From positions 34,410,001-34,474,000 of the forward strand of contig OZ024742.1 in NCBI GenBank assembly GCA_964016885.1: 64,000 nucleotides of DNA, read 5' to 3'. Both the position numbers and the translations under genes were made by a program. Source of the stretch: Eledone cirrhosa (taxonomy: Eukaryota). Each line of letters opens with the position of its first letter. The first letter of the stretch is position 1. This document shows, in pieces, positions 1 to 11,757 of the stretch. Under the pieces are notes generated by a model. The model searched no databases and had not been told where the DNA came from. It was given only the letters and a program-made list of their open reading frames with translations.

Positions 1-28
1 TTAATAGCTTTAGAAATGACAACGTGGC

Positions 29-345
<317 letters not shown>

Positions 346-355
346 GTATACATAC

Positions 356-871
356 AGGGAATACATTAAAAGCAAACCGAGGAAAAGGAAAATACGAGAG
401 AATGACTGGGAGAACCGCGCACTATATAGACGTTTCTGGAGGGAGGCAGTGTATGGTGGGAGAAGAGGATTTGAAAGAACCCGTGTTGAGCCTACACAGC
501 TCAAGCGGTGAGGTCGTGTGTCTGGTTTGTCTAAGTATCTTGGCATGCAGAGTGATTCAACCTGTAATCTGTTAGGTCTAAGTAGACCTTGGAAGTTATC
601 AGAGAGCCCACGTACACGGGGACACTGTCAAGTGTGCATTGCATAGAATGTTTGTTTGTGGGGAGTGTGGTAAAGAGTGTGCTACAGTTAGTGGACTGAA
701 ACGTCATTGGAAAATGCACCAAAACAGGTCAGTAGCACCTACTGTGAGAGGCCTCCATTGTTGCAGCATCTTTGCAAGTGTGTGCAAGGGTGTGCAACTC
801 CCTGGCAGGACTAACAATCCACGTCTATGCTGCTCATGCTTTGGTCTCAAGCGATGGCATTACTCGAAATC
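356..871 (+). mobile_element. 3' fragment of an RTE-clade LINE with C-terminal C2H2 zinc finger(s), degenerate
   Basis: [26 protein letters not shown] matches the RTE C-terminal W-x-A-x-R-x-WR...G..FE pattern. FVCGECGKECATVSGLKRHWKMH follows, then a short 3' end running into (TA)n. Confidence 0.65.
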
Positions 872-894
872 ATATATATATATATATGTGTGTA

Positions 895-1300
<406 letters not shown>

Positions 1301-1324
1301 GTAATAAACAACATAAGGCAATTA

Positions 1325-1386
1325 TTCCATTTACTAGTGGTTTCTTAAAAGCAAAAAATGTTGCTTTCAATCATCAGAATGAAAAA
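1325..1386 (-). ncRNA. Minimal type I hammerhead ribozyme (inverted copy of 2043-2103)
   Basis: Minus strand: TTTCATT-CTGATGA-TTGAAAGC..GCTTTTAA-GAAAC-CACTA-GTA-AATGGAA. Confidence 0.75.
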
Positions 1387-1494
1387 ATCCTGGTCTGTTT
1401 ATTGAATTTGGATTTTAAAAACAAAAATGCAATCTATATGAAAGTGAGGCTGGAGAAAGAAGAAGGAAAGGAAAAATAAAATAAAAACACACAT

Positions 1495-1541
<47 letters not shown>

Positions 1542-2042
1542 TGCATACATACACACACATATATATATATATATATATACATACACTCATACATACATAA
1601 ACACATATACACATATATATGTGTATATAAATACACACATACACATACATATACACATACATACGCACATAAATATCAACACATCCATACATACTCATAC
1701 ATATATACAACCACGCACACATATATACACACATATATATGCACAGAAATATAAGTATATATATATATATATATATATATATGCATACACATACACATAC
1801 ATAGCCATACACACATACATATACATACATACATGCACACAATCATACCTATATACACACGTACATACATACACATACATAAATGCATACATATGCATGT
1901 ACAAAATTACAAAAATATACACACACCTCTACATATTCACACACGCAAATAAATATAAGAACAAATATATATAAAAAATAAAATAATAAAATAATAAAAT
2001 AATAAAATAATAAAATCTAAATTCAATAAACAGACCAGGATT

Positions 2043-2103
2043 TTTTCATTCTGATGATTGAAAGCACAATTTTTTGCTTTTAAGAAACCACTAGTAAATG
2101 GAA
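2043..2103 (+). ncRNA. Minimal type I hammerhead ribozyme
   Basis: TTTCATT-CTGATGA-TTGAAAGC/GCTTTTAA-GAAAC-CACTA-GTA-AATGGAA; GUA cleavage triplet. Confidence 0.8.
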
Positions 2104-2196
2104 TAATTGCCTTATGTTGTTTATTACCTAACTATTAAGCTCTGTTACCTACATAGAGCACTCTTTTTTCCTGGTCTTTTCCGACGGAATTACTTC

Positions 2197-2240
<44 letters not shown>

Positions 2241-2730
2241 GGATATCATATAAATTCCACTGCGTAAATATTTTTGAATTGCTTCGATGTCTGTGAATAA
2301 ATGAGACGGTGGTGTGACAATATAAGATTTCTTTTAAGGTAAATGAAATGTATTTATTCATATTGAATATCTCGATCCACATTTGTTCGAGTAACGAAGA
2401 AAATGGAATGTAGAAATATGTTATTAAAATTACGACTTCAACCTCCTGCAGTAAAATTGTTAAACCACATATGACGTCTGCTGCCTGATGGCGTCCGGTG
2501 TCCCCCAACCCGTATTAAGTGTAGGATTAGTTGTTGTTCTAGATTACCTTTTTTTTTTTACTTTATGTCTAATGTTGTATATATTTTGTAGGTTGGGCTG
2601 CGTTTAGGTGTATGAAAAATATTTCATAGGGTTATGGTGCATCACTGTTTTGGAGTCACTTTTTAGCGTTAATGTAGAGGCAATTAACAATTAAGGTTAT
2701 ATATGTCTCTCTCTTCGTGCAAATAAATAA

Positions 2731-2762
<32 letters not shown>

Positions 2763-2765
<3 letters not shown>

Positions 2766-2953
2766 ATTAAACAAATGGAAACCATATTTTTAATATGATA
2801 TCTCTGAAATATATATAATGAAATAAATATGGTTTTATAAATATAGTTTCCATTTGTTTAATATCGTAAACCTACTCCAAAACCTGTTGAGTGCTTTTAT
2901 ATCAGTTATAAAATATTTACTCGTTGTAACCCAACAATTTTAAATAAAACTTT

Positions 2954-2957
<4 letters not shown>
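2763..2957 (+). mobile_element. Short PLE terminal-repeat fragment with a 20-bp inverted 5' arm
   Basis: gatattaaacaaatggaaac (2763-2782) pairs with gtttccatttgtttaatatc (2846-2865). The body is near-identical to 33545-33697. Confidence 0.7.
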
Positions 2958-2990
<33 letters not shown>

Positions 2991-3275
2991 AGTAACAATA
3001 TTTTCGAAACAGCGAGTGGGTTTGAAATTATTAGAAATGTAAGCTATCGCCGTATTTTGACTAAAGAAATTAAAGAAATTATTTAGCCTGATAGTGGGGT
3101 TAAGAACCCTCGGAGAAATGGAAAAAGATGAGTATTGTTGTATATATATATATATATAAAAGAAATGTAAATCTGAGCTTTTCGAATATTAATAATATTT
3201 GATAGGTTTGCAATTAAGCCATGTCAGTAGAATGACCCCGTCATTCTTCCTCTTCTGTTGGCGTATAAACAGAAG

Positions 3276-3318
3276 GGCAGACACTAATGTTTCTGGGTGA
3301 TTAGCCTTCATCAGTACC
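3276..3318 (-). ncRNA. Type I hammerhead ribozyme inside a small inverted-repeat element (about 3262-3533)
   Basis: Minus strand: GGTA-CTGATGA-(weak stem II)-GAAAC-ATTAGT-GTC-TGCC, GUC site. A partial inverted copy lies at 3490-3530. Confidence 0.6.
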
Positions 3319-3647
3319 GTATACTGCTTACCTGCCAACTGTCAGAGCTAGTGAAAATATATAATATTTTCTGGAACATATAGTGACAGATTGCCTGATT
3401 TGCATATTAGCAAACTGGATGATCAGTCAGATCTGCATATCCACTTATCAACCAGATTTGCATATCTGACAACTATCAGTTGGCAGGTAGTAATCACACA
3501 GAAACATTTGTGTCTGCCGTTCTGTTTGTATGGGTACTTGCTGGCCTTGTGCCAAAAGTAGAAACAATAATATCTGAAAAGCTCAGATTTACTTTTCTTG
3601 TATAGAGCGATAAAACTATTTGTTAGTTATTATATATGTGTGTATAG

Positions 3648-3840
3648 GGCAGTGGATTGGCAGTATCGGTGGAGGGTCGGACGCCTTGCTTTGCAGTATA
3701 GAGTTACGGCTCTTTATGATCTGAGTTCAAATCCCGCGGAGGTTAACTTTGCCTTCATCCTTACGGGGTCGATAAATAAAGTACCAGTCACACACTGGGG
3801 CCGATTTAATTGTCTATCCCCTCCCCCCAAAAGCTGGCCC
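3648..3840 (+). mobile_element. tRNA-derived SINE (abundant family)
   Basis: A-box-like TGGCAGTATCGG, B-box GAGTTCAAATC, core ttgccttcatccttacggggtcgataaataaagtaccag. At least 15 copies in the window. Confidence 0.85.
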
Positions 3841-3988
3841 ATACACACACATGTCATAAGAAACTATGACATGTGTGTGTATGTGTGTGTGTCTGTGTGT
3901 GTGCGCGCGTTGATATTCTCTCTCTTTCAGTCAGTGTCTCCGTCATTCTCGCTCTCCCCATCTCTCACTACATACACATACACACACA

Positions 3989-4075
<87 letters not shown>

Positions 4076-4170
4076 CTGTATATATTTCTATATGTATATG
4101 CGTTTATGTATGTGTCTGCTAATAAGCATATATATATATATACGTATATATATATACATACATACACACA

Positions 4171-4336
<166 letters not shown>

Positions 4337-4361
4337 CATATGTTACACCTCTGTTCTTTTA

Positions 4362-4393
<32 letters not shown>

Positions 4394-4396
4394 CAC

Positions 4397-4428
<32 letters not shown>

Positions 4429-4451
4429 TTATATATACACATATATATATA

Positions 4452-4539
<88 letters not shown>

Positions 4540-4569
4540 AACAAAAGATGGTTAAAAGAGTTCCATGTA

Positions 4570-4636
4570 TTTTATTATGCGCATTTCAAAAACAAATATC
4601 ATCATGCAATAATATTTGTGTTTTCATCAGATAAAA
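4570..4636 (-). ncRNA. Minimal type I hammerhead ribozyme
   Basis: Minus strand: TTTTAT-CTGATGA-AAACACAAATATTA..TGATATTTGTTTTT-GAAA-TGCGCA-TA-ATAAAA. Confidence 0.8.
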
Positions 4637-5006
4637 CAGGAAGACATGATATGAAGGTTAAAAAACACTCGTGGATAGTGCAGTTTTAAATCAACATATG
4701 AGAAGTAGTTTTAGATTGATGTGTGAAATTGGTAAAAATATATATATATTTTTTTTTGAGGGGGGTTGGAAAGGATGAAAAATAGGAGGAGATGAGAGTA
4801 AAAAATGGAGAGGGAGGAGTATAATGAGGAAGGATGAGATAGGAGGAGAAATGGGTGATAGAGAGAGAGAGATAGCTTTTATAACTGAGAAAGATATATT
4901 GTTTTACATAGAGAGGTTGAAAACCGTTGGAAGATAATGTATAAATTAAAAGAATTTGAAAATTAACGAAGAGAAAAATAATGTAAAGTTAAGGTTTGTA
5001 TATTGA

Positions 5007-5175
5007 GGGGTTTAATAATATGTGCGATGAAAAGAAAATGTTAATATGTATTAAGAATAATATTTAAGGGTTTAATAACATATGCGATGGAAAGAAAAAG
5101 TTAATATGTATTAAGAATGATATTTAAGGGTTTAATAATATGTGCGATGGAAAGAAAATGTTGATATGTATTATT
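5007..5175. repeat. About 3 x 60-bp tandem repeat within the PLE 3' UTR
   Basis: ggggtttaataatatgtgcgatggaaagaaaatgttaatatgtattaagaat.. recurs at 60-nt spacing. Confidence 0.85.
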
Positions 5176-5649
5176 AAAAAGAACAACGGGTAATTTAAGT
5201 AAGGATATATTGTGAGATGAGCATGAATGTGTTAGATGAAAGGGAGAAAAGAATAATGAATTGAGGATGAATAATCTAACGTCAAAAAAATGTTTATGTT
5301 TACGAAGGATTTTTACAAGGTGATATAGAGTAAGAATGTATTGCATTATGTAATAATTGATTCTATGTTAGGCAACAGTGAGAAAAGGTACAGATTAGGG
5401 GTTAGACATTAAAAGAAAAATAGGAGCGATATAGAATGAGTAACAAGTATTATAGAATGAGTAACAAGTATTATATAATGTATAATAAGACCTTTGAAAT
5501 AAGGTAGAAAGATGGGTATATTTTTAAAGAAGTGTATATATATATATATATGTGCCTTTGAGAAAAAAGATTCTAAATTGATAAAGATTTGGATATTAGC
5601 TGTATACTTTGTGGAATGTTTTGTGGAATTTATGCAAGCAGATAGAAAG

Positions 5650-6022
5650 CAAGTCAGTGCGTCTATTTATTATAGAATCTAAATTAGATATAATGGTAAA
5701 TTTTCATTTAGACAGAGATTGCAAATCTTGGATAGAGAACTGTTCAAGTATGGAGACGCAGAAGAAACCTTCTTCCAAAAGATGCTATATTTAATATTTT
5801 TGTCTTTCAAGGACCATATGAGTTCTGAGAGAGCCGTGTTGGTTCTTTTAAGTTTGTATTTAAAAGACGAATGATGGTTATAAAGACGAGCTTTAAAAGA
5901 GGTGGAAGTGGAGCCAAAATAGGTGAAGAATTGGTGTCAGTTATAACTTTACATTCGTAAATTAAGTTTTTATCAAGACAATGGTTGTTGAGAGGACATT
6001 TATTTTTAACAGGGCAATTGCA
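5650..6022 (-). pseudogene. Frameshifted GIY-YIG endonuclease of a Naiad-type PLE (not in the ORF track)
   Basis: Manual translation: [78 protein letters not shown]. Same motif series as 59161-59590. Confidence 0.8.
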
Positions 6023-6061
6023 ATTGCATTGCTTTATTGTACTACAATAAAACTCACCTCC

Positions 6062-6231
<170 letters not shown>

Positions 6232-6578
6232 AACGTATGCTTGTGTGTGAATGTGCGCATCATAGCTGCGGTAGTTTCTAATAAAATGAGAGCTGCAATA
6301 TTACAAGATGAATAGCTTGTGTTATTAAAGTAGGGTAATGCCTGTAATATGGTAGGAAATAACTTGTAATAAGCAATCAATATGTTCGTCCTAAAGGTTA
6401 CTAACTTATTTCATTGATATCCACTCACATTGATAGTCGCACATATACAATATCACATCATACCCTACCATACTACATGGTGTCTTGTTGAGGCAGCAGG
6501 GTGGACAGTCCGCATGATATCTCTGCAGTTGCATCTGTTGAATAGCATGTGTAAACAACAACAACAACAACACCGACT

Positions 6579-6579
<1 letters not shown>

Positions 6580-6663
<84 letters not shown>
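6580..6663. repeat. (TAA)n microsatellite at the 5' junction of the Dong-like element
   Basis: Read directly from the sequence. Confidence 0.97.
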
Positions 6664-6664
<1 letters not shown>

Positions 6665-7452
6665 TAGAGATCCACAGACATGGAACTGGTTGAGAAGAGG
6701 AGACCTCAAAAAGGCTACAGAAGGAATGCTAATGGCTGCGCAGGAGCAGGCCCTCAAAACGAAGTGGTTGAAGCACCATATCTACAAGGAGGAGGCTAGC
6801 CCACTGTGCAGGATCTGTGGAGAGAGAGAGGAGACTGTGGCTCACATTGTGTCCGAGTGTAAACACCTAGCCCAGACCCACTATAAGGGCTGGAGACACG
6901 ATGTGATGGGCAGGGTGATCCACTGGCACCTGTGCAAAGTAAACAATCTACCACATTCTGAGAAATGGTATGAGCATAGGCCAGAGGCGGTGATGGAGAA
7001 CAGTCAGGTGAAGGTGCTGTGGGATTTTAGGATACAGACGGACAAAAAACTGGAACACAATAGACCTGACCTGGTGGTTGTGGACAAAGAAAAAAGATCG
7101 TGCCTGATTGTGGATGTGGCCTGCCCGTTCGACACGAGAGTGCAAGAGAAGGAGAGGGAGAAAATTAACCGATACCAGGACCTAAAGTGGGAGGTGAAAA
7201 GGATTTGGAACTGCCATCAAGTCAAAGTGATCCCGATTGTCATAGGCGCACTGGGGACTATCTCCAAAGGTTTCCAGGGATGGTTAAAGAAAATCGGCCC
7301 CTTCACGCTTTTTGGAACGCTTCAAAAGGCATGCTTGCTTGGAACGGCAAGAACCCTCCGATACGTCCTGAATATCTGAGGCTGCAGGTAGTGGCTTGAT
7401 ATTCAATCCAACGGACTTTCCAGTTAACCAACATCAATGACTGAGATTCAAG
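6664..7452 (+). mobile_element. 5'-truncated R4/Dong-clade non-LTR retrotransposon inserted in (TAA)n
   Basis: Uninterrupted C-terminal ORF plus about 70-nt 3' UTR, with TAA-type repeats on both sides. Confidence 0.85.
6666..7379 (+). CDS. C-terminal part of R4/Dong ORF: CCHC zinc knuckle plus restriction-like endonuclease (no start codon, truncated)
   Basis: AAQEQAL, CRICGEREETVAHIVSEC, RHD, WDFRIQTD, HNRPDLVV, IVDVACP, EKINRYQDL, PIVIGALG. Confidence 0.88.
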   Translation, partial: RDPQTWNWLRRGDLKKATEGMLMAAQEQALKTKWLKHHIYKEEASPLCRICGEREETVAHIVSECKHLAQTHYKGWRHDVMGRVIHWHLCKVNNLPHSEKWYEHRPEAVMENSQVKVLWDFRIQTDKKLEHNRPDLVVVDKEKRSCLIVDVACPFDTRVQEKEREKINRYQDLKWEVKRIWNCHQVKVIPIVIGALGTISKGFQGWLKKIGPFTLFGTLQKACLLGTARTLRYVLNI

Positions 7453-7489
7453 GAATAACAATAACAATAATGATAATAATAATATCAAG

Positions 7490-7710
7490 AAAAAGAAGAA
7501 GAAGAAGAAGAAGAAGAAGAAGAAGAAGAAGAAGAAGAAGAAGAAGAAGAAGAAGAAGAAGAAGAAGAAGAATGATGATGATGATGATGGTGATGGTGAT
7601 AATGGTGATGATGATGGTGATGATGATGATGATGATGACGATGACGGTGCCGAAGGGGAGCGGCATCATGTCGATGCTAAATCTGATGATGATGACGATG
7701 ATGATGATGA
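7490..7710. repeat. (GAA)n followed by imperfect (GAT)n microsatellite
   Basis: Read directly from the sequence. Confidence 0.95.
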
Positions 7711-7917
7711 AGGTAATGTTTATCAAGATCATGATTGTAGGTTTCTGTCCTCTTATTACACATCAAAAACCATCTTAACATACATTCCTAAGAGATTTCC
7801 ATGCATAGTTCTAACCGAATGAAATCCACTAGTAGAAGACTTAATATACTAAAGATGGAAAATATACACAAGCAAGTAATTATTATATGTATGTGCGTAT
7901 GTATATTTGTATGTACG

Positions 7918-7951
<34 letters not shown>

Positions 7952-8381
7952 TGTATGTATGTATGTATGTATGTATGTATGTATGTATGTATGTATGCAT
8001 TTATATATGTATATGTATATATGAATCATTAGAGAATTGGAAACAAGGTTAGCAGTATTATCCGTCTTTTTAAGTCCTAATTTGAAATACTGAGACTAGC
8101 CCGCGCCTGCACATGCGTTTTTCAAACACATAGATCAGTTAGGAAAGGAAATCACTGAAAACTGTGATCCTTCGTTTGTTTTGTCTTGAACTGTTTCAGC
8201 TTCGCTTCAAAAAGAGGGTATTAGCCATGAAATATGGTAAAGTACATTAGGTAAAGATAACTTCGTTGAGTTTTATTTCATTTTTCATAATTTGTTCTTC
8301 GTATTTTTATACTGCATTATGCCGGCTTAAAAAAATTAGCGGTCATTTACTACACATACACACACACACATATATATATAT

Positions 8382-8911
8382 ATAAAATATAAAAAAAATA
8401 ATGAATAAAACAAAGAAACAGTTCCTTATATTAAACAAAAAAAGTTCATTATTTAACGATCGTTTCTAGGACATATATGTGTTAGAATTGGCATGCATAT
8501 TCAAAATATCTATGTACAAAATTATACAAACTATCAAGCAGAATATACATACCATCACATATATATGCTGTCTTCAGAAATAATCTGAAGACAGCATATA
8601 TATGTGATGGTATGTATATTCTGCTTGATAGTTTGTATAATTTTGTACATAGATCTTTTGAATATGCATGCCAATTCTAACACATATATGTCCTAGAAAC
8701 GATCGTTAAATAATGAACTTTTTTTGTTTAATATAAGGAACTGTTTCTTTGTTTTATTCATTATTTTTTTTATATTTTATCTTGACTCTGTATTCCGTTT
8801 ATCTTTCACTGAAAGTGATTTTTGAATGCATCTCTTCTTTCCATGATATCCGGATTACATTGAGTTCTTCATACGGATTGGACACTACCGTAAACTTTTG
8901 GTAGATTTATC

Positions 8912-8913
<2 letters not shown>
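8382..8913. mobile_element. Fold-back element: about 197-bp near-perfect palindrome (8382-8780, loop AATAA) plus a plus-strand 3' extension
   Basis: Arms are reverse-complementary with one visible mismatch; centre tcttcaga-aataa-tctgaaga; TA-repeat flanks. Confidence 0.85.
8448..8584 (-). ncRNA. Type I hammerhead ribozyme with a very long (about 104 nt) stem II region
   Basis: Minus strand: ATTATTT-CTGAAGA-[cagcatatatatgtg...cacatatatgtccta]-GAAA-CGATCG-TT-AAATAAT; perfect 7-bp stem I. Confidence 0.65.
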
Positions 8914-8953
<40 letters not shown>

Positions 8954-9111
8954 AGGAGGTTATAGTTCACTTGAAGCATTGTGTAATGAGGTATAAACGT
9001 TTGTATATGTATAATAAAGTCAAAACAATGCAGGTATGGACATAGAATAAAGAATGCAAATGCAAAAGATATTGTTGACAATTTGTCTTTTATCTTAGAG
9101 TTATTTAAATG

Positions 9112-9148
9112 TCCTAAATTTTCGAGATAATATCTCTTCTTCAGAGGG
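9112..9148 (-). ncRNA. Minimal hammerhead-like motif in PLE terminal repeat
   Basis: Minus strand: CCT-CTGAAGA-AGAGAT-att-ATCTC-GAAA-ATTT-AGG. Degenerate counterpart at about 27888-27928 (+). Confidence 0.55.
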
Positions 9149-9560
9149 AATAAAGTTGTCAAACCAGTGTTCTAAAAAGCTTTCCAAGTCATGCTGACAG
9201 GAAATGGTATAGAGTATCTGTTCTATCTCTAATTTCAAAGAGTTAAGATTAGGTGAATAAAGAGTAGTCTCCCTTTAAGAGGGGTTTGTTTATGTTTTGT
9301 TTTTGTTTTTTTTTGTTTTTTTTGTACATGCCTGTTTAAGTGTGTGGGAGAATGCATGAAGGTGTAAGTACGTGAGTGTGTGTGTGTGAGTGTGAGAAGA
9401 TATGTCTATACGTAAATGTGGGGGATAGATATTATCTCGTGTTAGAACAGGTTTAGTGTGTGTATGTGTGAGAGAGAATAAGTGGAGGTGTAATTGTGTG
9501 TGTGTGTGTGCGTGCGTGTGTGCGTGTGGGGTGTGTGTAAATATGGGGCTAGGAGCTCTA

Positions 9561-10247
9561 TCAAGTTATAAATTGGGTGTTGAGTTCTAGTCTATTATTA
9601 ATTGTTGTTTGTGTTTTGTCTATAATTAGTGCTTCCTTAATTCTAAGATTGCCGAGGTTTCTTTCCTTAGTTTCTATCCTAACTGTTATGGTTTTGTCGG
9701 TGTTTTTGCATTTAACTAGGTGTTTCTTAAATGAGGAAGCGTTAGTATTGAGGTGTTCTTTTATTCTTATGTGGAGTGGTCTGGTGGTGCTACCTACGTA
9801 GAAGTTGTTGCATTTGTCACACTCTAGTCTGTATACGACGTAAGCCTGGTGGCATAGGTCTGTGTCGTTGATGGGACAGTTGGCTAGTCTGCAGCAGTTG
9901 TCATGTCTGGTGGAGTGTCTTTTGGTTAGCTGACCGCGTAGAGAAGGACCTGAGTGGGCTAGTTGGATATCTAGTCCCTCTCGTCTGATAGCTCTGCGGA
10001 TGGCTGTTGTTGTTTCTTCACTGAAGTGTGGGAGCTTCAGGAAGCAAGTGTTAGTGCCTCGAGTGTGGTGTCCTCTGTTCTTTCTGGCACGGTTTGTGGT
10101 GGATGTCGTATATCCGTTCAGTTTGAGTACTTCCAGGAAATGTGTGGTGTGTGTGTCTCGGTCTCTAGCGTCGGTGCATTTGTTCCGGAAACGTTCCAGT
10201 TCGTTCCTTATGTATCTGAACTTGGCACCGAGTGGGAGGGCCGATCT
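9561..10247 (-). CDS. PLE RT C-terminus plus GIY-YIG endonuclease (5'-truncated, uninterrupted)
   Basis: [66 protein letters not shown]. Confidence 0.88.
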   Translation of the reverse strand, partial: RSALPLGAKFRYIRNELERFRNKCTDARDRDTHTTHFLEVLKLNGYTTSTTNRARKNRGHHTRGTNTCFLKLPHFSEETTTAIRRAIRREGLDIQLAHSGPSLRGQLTKRHSTRHDNCCRLANCPINDTDLCHQAYVVYRLECDKCNNFYVGSTTRPLHIRIKEHLNTNASSFKKHLVKCKNTDKTITVRIETKERNLGNLRIKEALIIDKTQTTINNRLELNTQFIT

Positions 10248-10363
10248 GTTGACATATGTTGATGCCCTAAGGACAGACACTGGTCTCTTGGAGACGCAGG
10301 ACATAGTGGCGATGATGAGGGACAGAAACCACTGGAGAGAACTCGTCCATGGATCTCGGGAAT
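10248..10363 (+). mobile_element. 3' tip of an RTE-clade LINE
   Basis: [38 protein letters not shown]; near-identical to the 3' end of 45868-46520. Confidence 0.85.
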
Positions 10364-10455
<92 letters not shown>

Positions 10456-10509
10456 TATATATATATGTGTGTGTGTGTAGTAAAGGATTTATTTTGAATG
10501 AAGCAGTTC

Positions 10510-10552
10510 TAGTCCTGAAGAAGCCGTTTCTATATTAAACATGTTTAGACTA
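10510..10552 (+). ncRNA. Degenerate minimal hammerhead
   Basis: TAGTC-CTGAAGA...(t)AAAC-ATGT-TTA-GACTA. Stem I is intact, but stem II and G12 are eroded. GAGTACC box lies downstream. Confidence 0.4.
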
Positions 10553-10663
10553 CTAATGTAGTGAGTACCTTACTTACTGTGGTTACCCCCTATTGAACAC
10601 ACACAAACACACACATATATATATGTGTGTGTGTGTGCGTGTATGTGTGTGTATTTTCTGACT

Positions 10664-10700
<37 letters not shown>

Positions 10701-11308
10701 CATGTATGTGTGTGTGTATGTGTGCATGTGCGTATGTATATGTGTGTGTGTGTGTGTGTGTAGTTGTAGTCAGAAAATAGAGGACTTAAGAAACTAAATG
10801 AAAGCTGTCATTCACTTATGGCTACCGTCTATGATACATATCTCGGAATAACCATAAACATGAATAAAAACGAAAGCTACAACACTAATTATAATCGAGA
10901 TCCTTTCATTTCCGTTTATTGCTTACAAACTTCTTTATCTATATTAAATTTTCTCAATCTATATCGAAACCATTGTATCATGTAATTTTTTTCATAAATA
11001 TTTCTTTTTTTCCCCGTTTATTCTATGAATTATGTTTGATATTTTTATATTGTCCTTTTTCTTTTACTGATACCTCTGTGTCAAAGTTATGATCTACCCT
11101 GAACATTCGGTTTCTCTTTGCCATAAATACAGCAAAATACATTACCTAACTCAATCATCTCATTCACCGTAAGTAGCTTCCTTGTAAAACCCTGCACGTT
11201 CTAAATTTTCTTTTTGATGTTTATATTTGTTTTGGATTCGTTTTAATATTAAATATTATATAATTTCAGTAACCATCAAACATAGACACACAAATATACA
11301 GAGGTGTA

Positions 11309-11383
<75 letters not shown>

Positions 11384-11394
11384 TTACCCCCCCC

Positions 11395-11436
<42 letters not shown>

Positions 11437-11440
<4 letters not shown>

Positions 11441-11567
11441 ATGTTCAAGACACCGAACATTTTCTTATTATCCACACTACTACCCTAAGTATTGAGTACA
11501 CTGGTGCGTTATGGTCCATCTGGTTCCTTAACACACTTCCATGGTTATATATATATATATATATATA

Positions 11568-11625
<58 letters not shown>

Positions 11626-11737
11626 CGATGGCAGTGTGGTAAGGAACCAGATGGACCATAACGCACCAGAGTACTCAATCAATACTTAGGTTAGTAGTGT
11701 GGGTAATAGGAAAATGTTGAGGTCTTGAACATTTTCA
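11437..11737. mobile_element. Two copies of a short fold-back element in inverted orientation around a (TA)n tract
   Basis: 11455-11546 is the reverse complement of 11623-11719. Each copy ends in a gaaaatgtt..aacattttc mini-hairpin. Same family as 61316, 62647 and 63204. Confidence 0.8.
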
Positions 11738-11757
11738 TATATATATATATTTTTTTT

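Larger units (their letters stand above)
1301..2199. mobile_element. Inverted pair of PLE-type terminal repeats separated by microsatellite-rich DNA
   Basis: 1301-1415 is the reverse complement of about 2013-2127. The plus arm extends to 2199 and then (TA)n. Confidence 0.75.
8951..10247 (-). mobile_element. 5'-truncated Penelope/Poseidon-type PLE
   Basis: RT C-terminus plus GIY-YIG ORF, about 600-nt 3' region with a hammerhead-like motif, 3' end in (TA)n. Second copy at 27170-28082. Confidence 0.85.

Noticed and set aside
3648-3740. tRNA genes at A/B-box sites (also about 31590, 40100 and 47500)
   Set aside because: No cloverleaf, and they continue into the SINE core and tail.
8382-8780. 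All palindromes being assembly artefacts
   Set aside because: Most have arm mismatches, family-specific ends and a consistent tail offset. Only the perfect one at 57562-57800 cannot be cleared without reads.
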